Below are positions 59,462-64,000 of a stretch of DNA of 64,000 nt, in pieces. The stretch spans positions 1 through 64,000 of the forward strand of contig CBDBFU010000029.1 of the NCBI GenBank assembly GCA_965205025.1, given 5' to 3'. A program made the position numbers and the translations under genes. Below the pieces are notes generated by a model, which was not told the origin of the DNA, did not search any database, and was given only the letters and a program-made list of their open reading frames with translations. Origin of the DNA: Candidatus Poribacteria bacterium (lineage in GTDB: Bacteria; Poribacteria; WGA-4E; WGA-3G). Numbering within the stretch: position 1 is the stretch's first letter; the number at the start of each line of letters is the position of its first letter.

Positions 59462-61296
59462 TTATGGTTTCTGTGTGATTTCGATCTGCTGGTTAATATT
59501 TATATCATTCAGAGATTGTGTTTTTCCGTTGGTCCAGGTGATCTGAATTGAGTCTACCTTGGCTGATTTTCCTAAGCCAAAATGAGCAATGTAACTATTA
59601 GATGACATATAACTCTCTCCTGCATAGATCTCTCGTATCTGATTTGCATTCGTAGTTTTCAGCAGTATTTTTGCCCCAATAGCGTTCTATTCTTATTCGT
59701 CCCAACCAATTTAACCTGTAGCCAATTATTACTATTCTTGGATTCGATAGTGTTATTTCGCAACAGTCTTGCTTTTGCATAGTTATTAACTATAAAAATA
59801 TCTATATCTCCATCATTGTCATAGTCTCCAAATGCTGTACCGCGACTAACCCGTGTAGGTAAAATGCTAATACCAGAACTCTTACTGATATCCGTGAACG
59901 TACTGTCACCTTCATTGCGAAAGAATTGATTGTGTTGTGGTATAAGCACTTCAGGTTGGTCAAGGCGTTGAAATGTACTCCCATTTGCGACAAAAATATC
60001 TAAATCCCCATCGTTATCATAATCGAAAAGAGATGTACCCCAACCGATTTCCTTTAATGTAGCCTCCGCAAGCATAGCAGAATAAGATTCATCAACAAAT
60101 CTAATACCTTGACTTGAGGAATTTAGAGATGTGTTTTCCTCCTTCAGCAAGTTTCTATATATGACATACTCTTGATCAATCCAGTGGCTAATAAATAGGT
60201 CAATATCTCCATCGGCATCGTAATCACCTGCAGCCAATCCCATTGATCCACGAAAATCTGCAGCCCAAGAATCAGCACTTACATCTGTAAACGTAGCATT
60301 TCCTTCGTTCCTATAGACGTGGTTATCAGAAGTATCATTTGCAACATAGAGATCCGCATCGTTATCCTCGTCAAAATCGCTGAAAATTGCCTGCATACTC
60401 CTACCACCAGTTGCTGCTACACCTGCCATTGATGTAATATCTGTAAATGTTCCATCCCCATTATTTCTATAAAGCACGTTATCTTGCGGTTCAAAAACAG
60501 TAGGATTCAATGCGTTCGGTACGAATTTCCCTGATTGTAAGGATTCTTCCTTTTTATCTTCAAATTTCACCAGATCAAAATCTACATAGTTACAGACATA
60601 TAAATCCAAATCATTGTCATTATCTATGTCAGCGAAGCAGGCACCAGTACTCCACAACGGACAATCAACTCCAGCAACATCGGTTACATTCGTGAAAGTG
60701 CTGTCTCCATTGTTCTTATACAAGACATTATTGCCAAGATTAGTCACATACAAGTCTACAAAACCATCCCCATTATAATCAGCGAATACACAACCCATTC
60801 CATATCCTGTATCCCCAACTCCTGCCGAATTGGTAATATCCGCAAACCCACCATTTCCATCATTTTTGTATAATACGTTTCTTGATTTTGGAGATAGTGT
60901 TGAAGGATCTGTTATATACATCCCGGGAATGTTCACAATATACAGATCAAGGTCACCGTCATTATCAATATCAGCGAAACCAGCACCTGAACCCATATCT
61001 TCAGGAAGCATACTTGTCCGATCTCCGTTGGAGTGGCGAAAGTGTATACCTACTTCCTTAGTCACATCAACAAATTCGACTGCCAGAGCTATCTTAGGAG
61101 TTAATAAGATAATGAATATAGACAGGATAAGTAGAAAATTACCTACCAGACTTCTACTTGCAGTTATTGGAGAATTTGATATGAGAATCAGATGTATGGT
61201 AGAAAAAGCATAAATTATATATACTTGCCACAATCTGAGAAATGTTAATGAAGATTTTGGATAGACTTCCCCAGATGTTTGACGAATAGGTGTCAT
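59462..61296 (-). CDS. CRTAC1-like FG-GAP repeat / ASPIC-UnbV protein, one frameshift near 59686
   Basis: Repeated DxDNDGDLD motifs. The C-terminal ASPIC domain (AIGAKI...HFGLG...ITW) continues in another frame to TAA at 59462. The true start is probably downstream of 61296. Confidence 0.85.
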
Positions 61297-62654
61297 GATG
61301 TTTCAAGGAAGTTAGTAAAAATTGTTCTATTTAAAAAACGTTCATCATTTAATATATTCAAATGGAGTGGGATAGTCGTTTTGATGCCATCAATTTTGAA
61401 TTCAGAAAGGGCGCGTTTTAATCGAGCAATGGCTTCTTCTCGATCTCTACCATAAGCAATGAGTTTTGCGACAAGGGAATCATAATGGGGTGGTACTGTA
61501 TATCCAGTATAAATACAATCATCAACTCTTATGCCATTCCCCCCCGGTGGATTATAATGTGTAATTAATCCGGGTGAAGGCATGAATTGATTTGCAGGGT
61601 CTTCTGCATTTATTCTACATTCAATTGCATGTCCTTTTATATCTATATCCGACTGCCCATATCCAAGTTCCTCTCCTGCAGCTATCCGTATTTGCTCTTT
61701 AATTAGGTCAATACCTGTAATGCTCTCAGTAATGGTATGTTCAACTTGTATACGCGTATTCATTTCCAGGAAAAAGAATTTTTCATCCTTATCCACAACA
61801 AATTCAATTGTTCCTGCATTTCTATAACCGATTGATTTTGCAGCTTTTACCGCAGCTTTGCATATTTCATTTCGAACTTTAGAAGAGATTGAAGCGGATG
61901 GTGCCTCCTCTAAAAGTTTCTGCTGTTTTCGCTGAATTGAACACTCGCGTTCCCCTAAATGGACTACATTACCGTGTGAATCCCCTAAAATCTGTACCTC
62001 AATATGTCGTGCATCCTCAATCCATTTTTCAATATAGACATCACCATTACCAAATGCTGCTTCACTTTCCGCTTTTGCTATATGGAATAAGTTGAATAAA
62101 CTTGGACGATTATGTGCGATACGAATACCCCGTCCACCCCCACCAGCAGATGCCTTTATACCGATCGGATATCCAATTTTCTCAGCAAGTTCAGCTGCTT
62201 CCTCGGCTGTTTCGACAGTTGCTTTTTTATCTTTTTTCCGTTTTCTCCCTTGACTACCCGGGACATGTTTCAAGCCAGCTTTAACAACAGTCTCTAATGC
62301 GCGGACTTTGTCACCCATTGTCTCTAAGTCTTCTATAGATGGACCGATAAATGTAATTTGGTGTGCTTCACAAATTTCAGCAAACTGTGCATCTTCAGCA
62401 AGAAAACCTGCTCCAGGATGAATGGCATCAACATTAGCAAAGTCAGCGACTGTTGTGATATTTGCATATTTTAGATAACTCTCTTTGGAAGGAGGTGGAC
62501 CTATACAGATGGCATCATCCGCATACTCAACATGTAAAGCATCTTTGTCTGCAGTAGAATAAACAGCGACGGTTTTAATCCCCATATCTTTACAGGCACG
62601 AATTATGCGGATAGCAATCTCACCACGGTTTGCAATTAGTATTTTTTTGAACAT
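61293..62654 (-). CDS. accC: Acetyl-CoA carboxylase biotin carboxylase subunit
   Basis: KILIANRGEIA, GGGGRG, ERECSIQR, EMNTRIQVEH and YDSLVAKLI motifs. Confidence 0.96.
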   Translation of the reverse strand: MFKKILIANRGEIAIRIIRACKDMGIKTVAVYSTADKDALHVEYADDAICIGPPPSKESYLKYANITTVADFANVDAIHPGAGFLAEDAQFAEICEAHQITFIGPSIEDLETMGDKVRALETVVKAGLKHVPGSQGRKRKKDKKATVETAEEAAELAEKIGYPIGIKASAGGGGRGIRIAHNRPSLFNLFHIAKAESEAAFGNGDVYIEKWIEDARHIEVQILGDSHGNVVHLGERECSIQRKQQKLLEEAPSASISSKVRNEICKAAVKAAKSIGYRNAGTIEFVVDKDEKFFFLEMNTRIQVEHTITESITGIDLIKEQIRIAAGEELGYGQSDIDIKGHAIECRINAEDPANQFMPSPGLITHYNPPGGNGIRVDDCIYTGYTVPPHYDSLVAKLIAYGRDREEAIARLKRALSEFKIDGIKTTIPLHLNILNDERFLNRTIFTNFLETS

Positions 62655-62657
62655 ATT

Positions 62658-63149
62658 TTATAGTTGCTTTACTCGAAAGAGAGGCTGATTATATTCGACA
62701 GCATGTCCATCCTCTACCAAAATCTCAAGGATTTCGCAATTGAAGGGAGCTTCCACATCATTATATGTTTTCATGACTTCAAGTGTCGCCAATGACTCCC
62801 CCGCAGTAACTGTATCACCAATTTCAACAAATACGGGTTCATCGGGAGAAGGGGATCGATAGAAACGTGCAGGCATTGGAGAAGTTATAATGTCGTCACC
62901 AGATTCATCCTTTCCTGCTGGTATTGTTGCTGTACCTGTCGGTAGGGATGGTTGCGATGTTATTGAGACCGATTGATCAGATATCCTTGATATTTCTATT
63001 TCCACTTCTCCATCCCGTATCCGAGCAGAAGCCAAATCAGCATCTTGTACTATGGATATAAGTTTTTCAAGACGTTGGAGTATTGGATCTAATTCAGCAT
63101 CAGTCTTAGCAGAGGACTTACCGGGTTCATTCTGTTTCTTTTGCTTCAT
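62658..63149 (-). CDS. accB: Biotin carboxyl carrier protein
   Basis: SPM..FYRSPSP, EVMKT biotinyl motif, VEYNQPLF; adjacent to accC. Confidence 0.92.
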   Translation of the reverse strand: MKQKKQNEPGKSSAKTDAELDPILQRLEKLISIVQDADLASARIRDGEVEIEISRISDQSVSITSQPSLPTGTATIPAGKDESGDDIITSPMPARFYRSPSPDEPVFVEIGDTVTAGESLATLEVMKTYNDVEAPFNCEILEILVEDGHAVEYNQPLFRVKQL

Positions 63150-63152
63150 ACT

Positions 63153-63710
63153 TTATACCCTTTCAACATATTTCCCATTCCGAGTATCAACTTTTATAAC
63201 AGTGTCATTTTTGACAAACAGTGGGACATTTACCACTCCTCCTGTCTCTAATTTTGCAGGTTTAGATCCACCACTCACAGTATCCCCTCGCAAACCGGGA
63301 TCAGTTTCAACAATCTTTAATTCAACGAATGTTGGCAATTCCACTGCAAGCGGAGTGTCCCCATCCATTTTTACTGTTACAGTTTCACCTTCTTTTAGAA
63401 ACTTTAACCCATCACCGAGTAAATCGCTATCAAGTGAATGTTGATCAAAGGATTCGTTATCCATAAACCAAAGTAAATCACCTTCACTATATAGAAACTG
63501 CATTTCTTGATCCGTAAGTCTTACAGTCTCAATAGTCTCATTGGTTCGGAAAGTTCGGTCTAATACTGCACCATCGGTGACACGTTTAATTTTTGTTCGT
63601 GCAAATGCCCCTCCTTTACCAGGTTTTACATGTTGACAATCTACAATCGTGTAGATGATATTATCCAATCTGATAACTAATCCATTTCGTAAATCATTTA
63701 ATGCTGCCAT
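63153..63710 (-). CDS. efp: Elongation factor P
   Basis: HVKPGKGGAF, TDPGLRGDT, KPAKLETG and VDTRNGKYVER motifs. Confidence 0.97.
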   Translation of the reverse strand: MAALNDLRNGLVIRLDNIIYTIVDCQHVKPGKGGAFARTKIKRVTDGAVLDRTFRTNETIETVRLTDQEMQFLYSEGDLLWFMDNESFDQHSLDSDLLGDGLKFLKEGETVTVKMDGDTPLAVELPTFVELKIVETDPGLRGDTVSGGSKPAKLETGGVVNVPLFVKNDTVIKVDTRNGKYVERV

Positions 63711-63863
63711 CTTCTTCCTTTCTAAAAGACACCTATTTTTTTGTATAGTATTTCGTTTTTCTTATATCGGTTTAATGTTCTATAGGTTATTCTCAATCAA
63801 CCGTATTTATCTCGTTAAGATTTAAAGTTTTAGGGTTTATTTATGCTTTTCCTAATTAGCATC

Positions 63864-64000
63864 CTATAATAAATCAATTGTCTGACGTAATGCATCACTT
63901 CTATGACTGATTCTATTTTTAATTGTCTCCCCTAATTCGGCAAATGTCTTCTCATAACCATCAGGAACAAAAATCGGATCATATCCAAAACCATCCTCCC
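63864..64000 (-). CDS. rdgB: Non-canonical purine NTP pyrophosphatase RdgB/HAM1, C-terminal fragment
   Basis: Manual translation [37 protein letters not shown]...; GFGYDPIF and SHR motifs. Confidence 0.9.
   Translation of the reverse strand, partial: EDGFGYDPIFVPDGYEKTFAELGETIKNRISHRSDALRQTIDLL

Overview
A 64 kb, AT-rich, gene-dense bacterial chromosomal segment, most likely Candidatus Poribacteria. That is an inference from the LamG proteins with a C-terminal 'AVEPxDKLTTTWGxIK' tail, the multiple PhyH and Gfo/Idh/MocA paralogues and the ASPIC/UnbV protein. Housekeeping content: rnhC, thiI, a GT9 heptosyltransferase, the argD-lipoprotein-ispE-tRNA-Gln-rplY-amidase-GerMN-pth operon, pncB, efp-accB-accC, rdgB (partial), and ABC and TRAP transporters. 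Three things stand out. (1) The intergenic regions hold short non-coding elements nested up to four deep: TIR-bounded MITEs that wrap REP-type hairpins; one MITE family found at the centre of a palindrome in 6 of 6 complete copies; and an asymmetric, TIR-less, covarying hairpin element with a variable 8-bp tail that interrupts REP hairpins. (2) An 8.5 kb island encodes an 8-Cys secreted peptide with thioredoxin/DsbD-like, DUF1573, FGE-like and two GT-C glycosyltransferase genes, a candidate disulfide/glyco-peptide maturation system. (3) A YidD-LolA-like-twin TPR/TM cluster of unknown function. Several genes carry single-base indels that look like sequencing errors. All calls come from reading the sequence by eye; no database searches were run.
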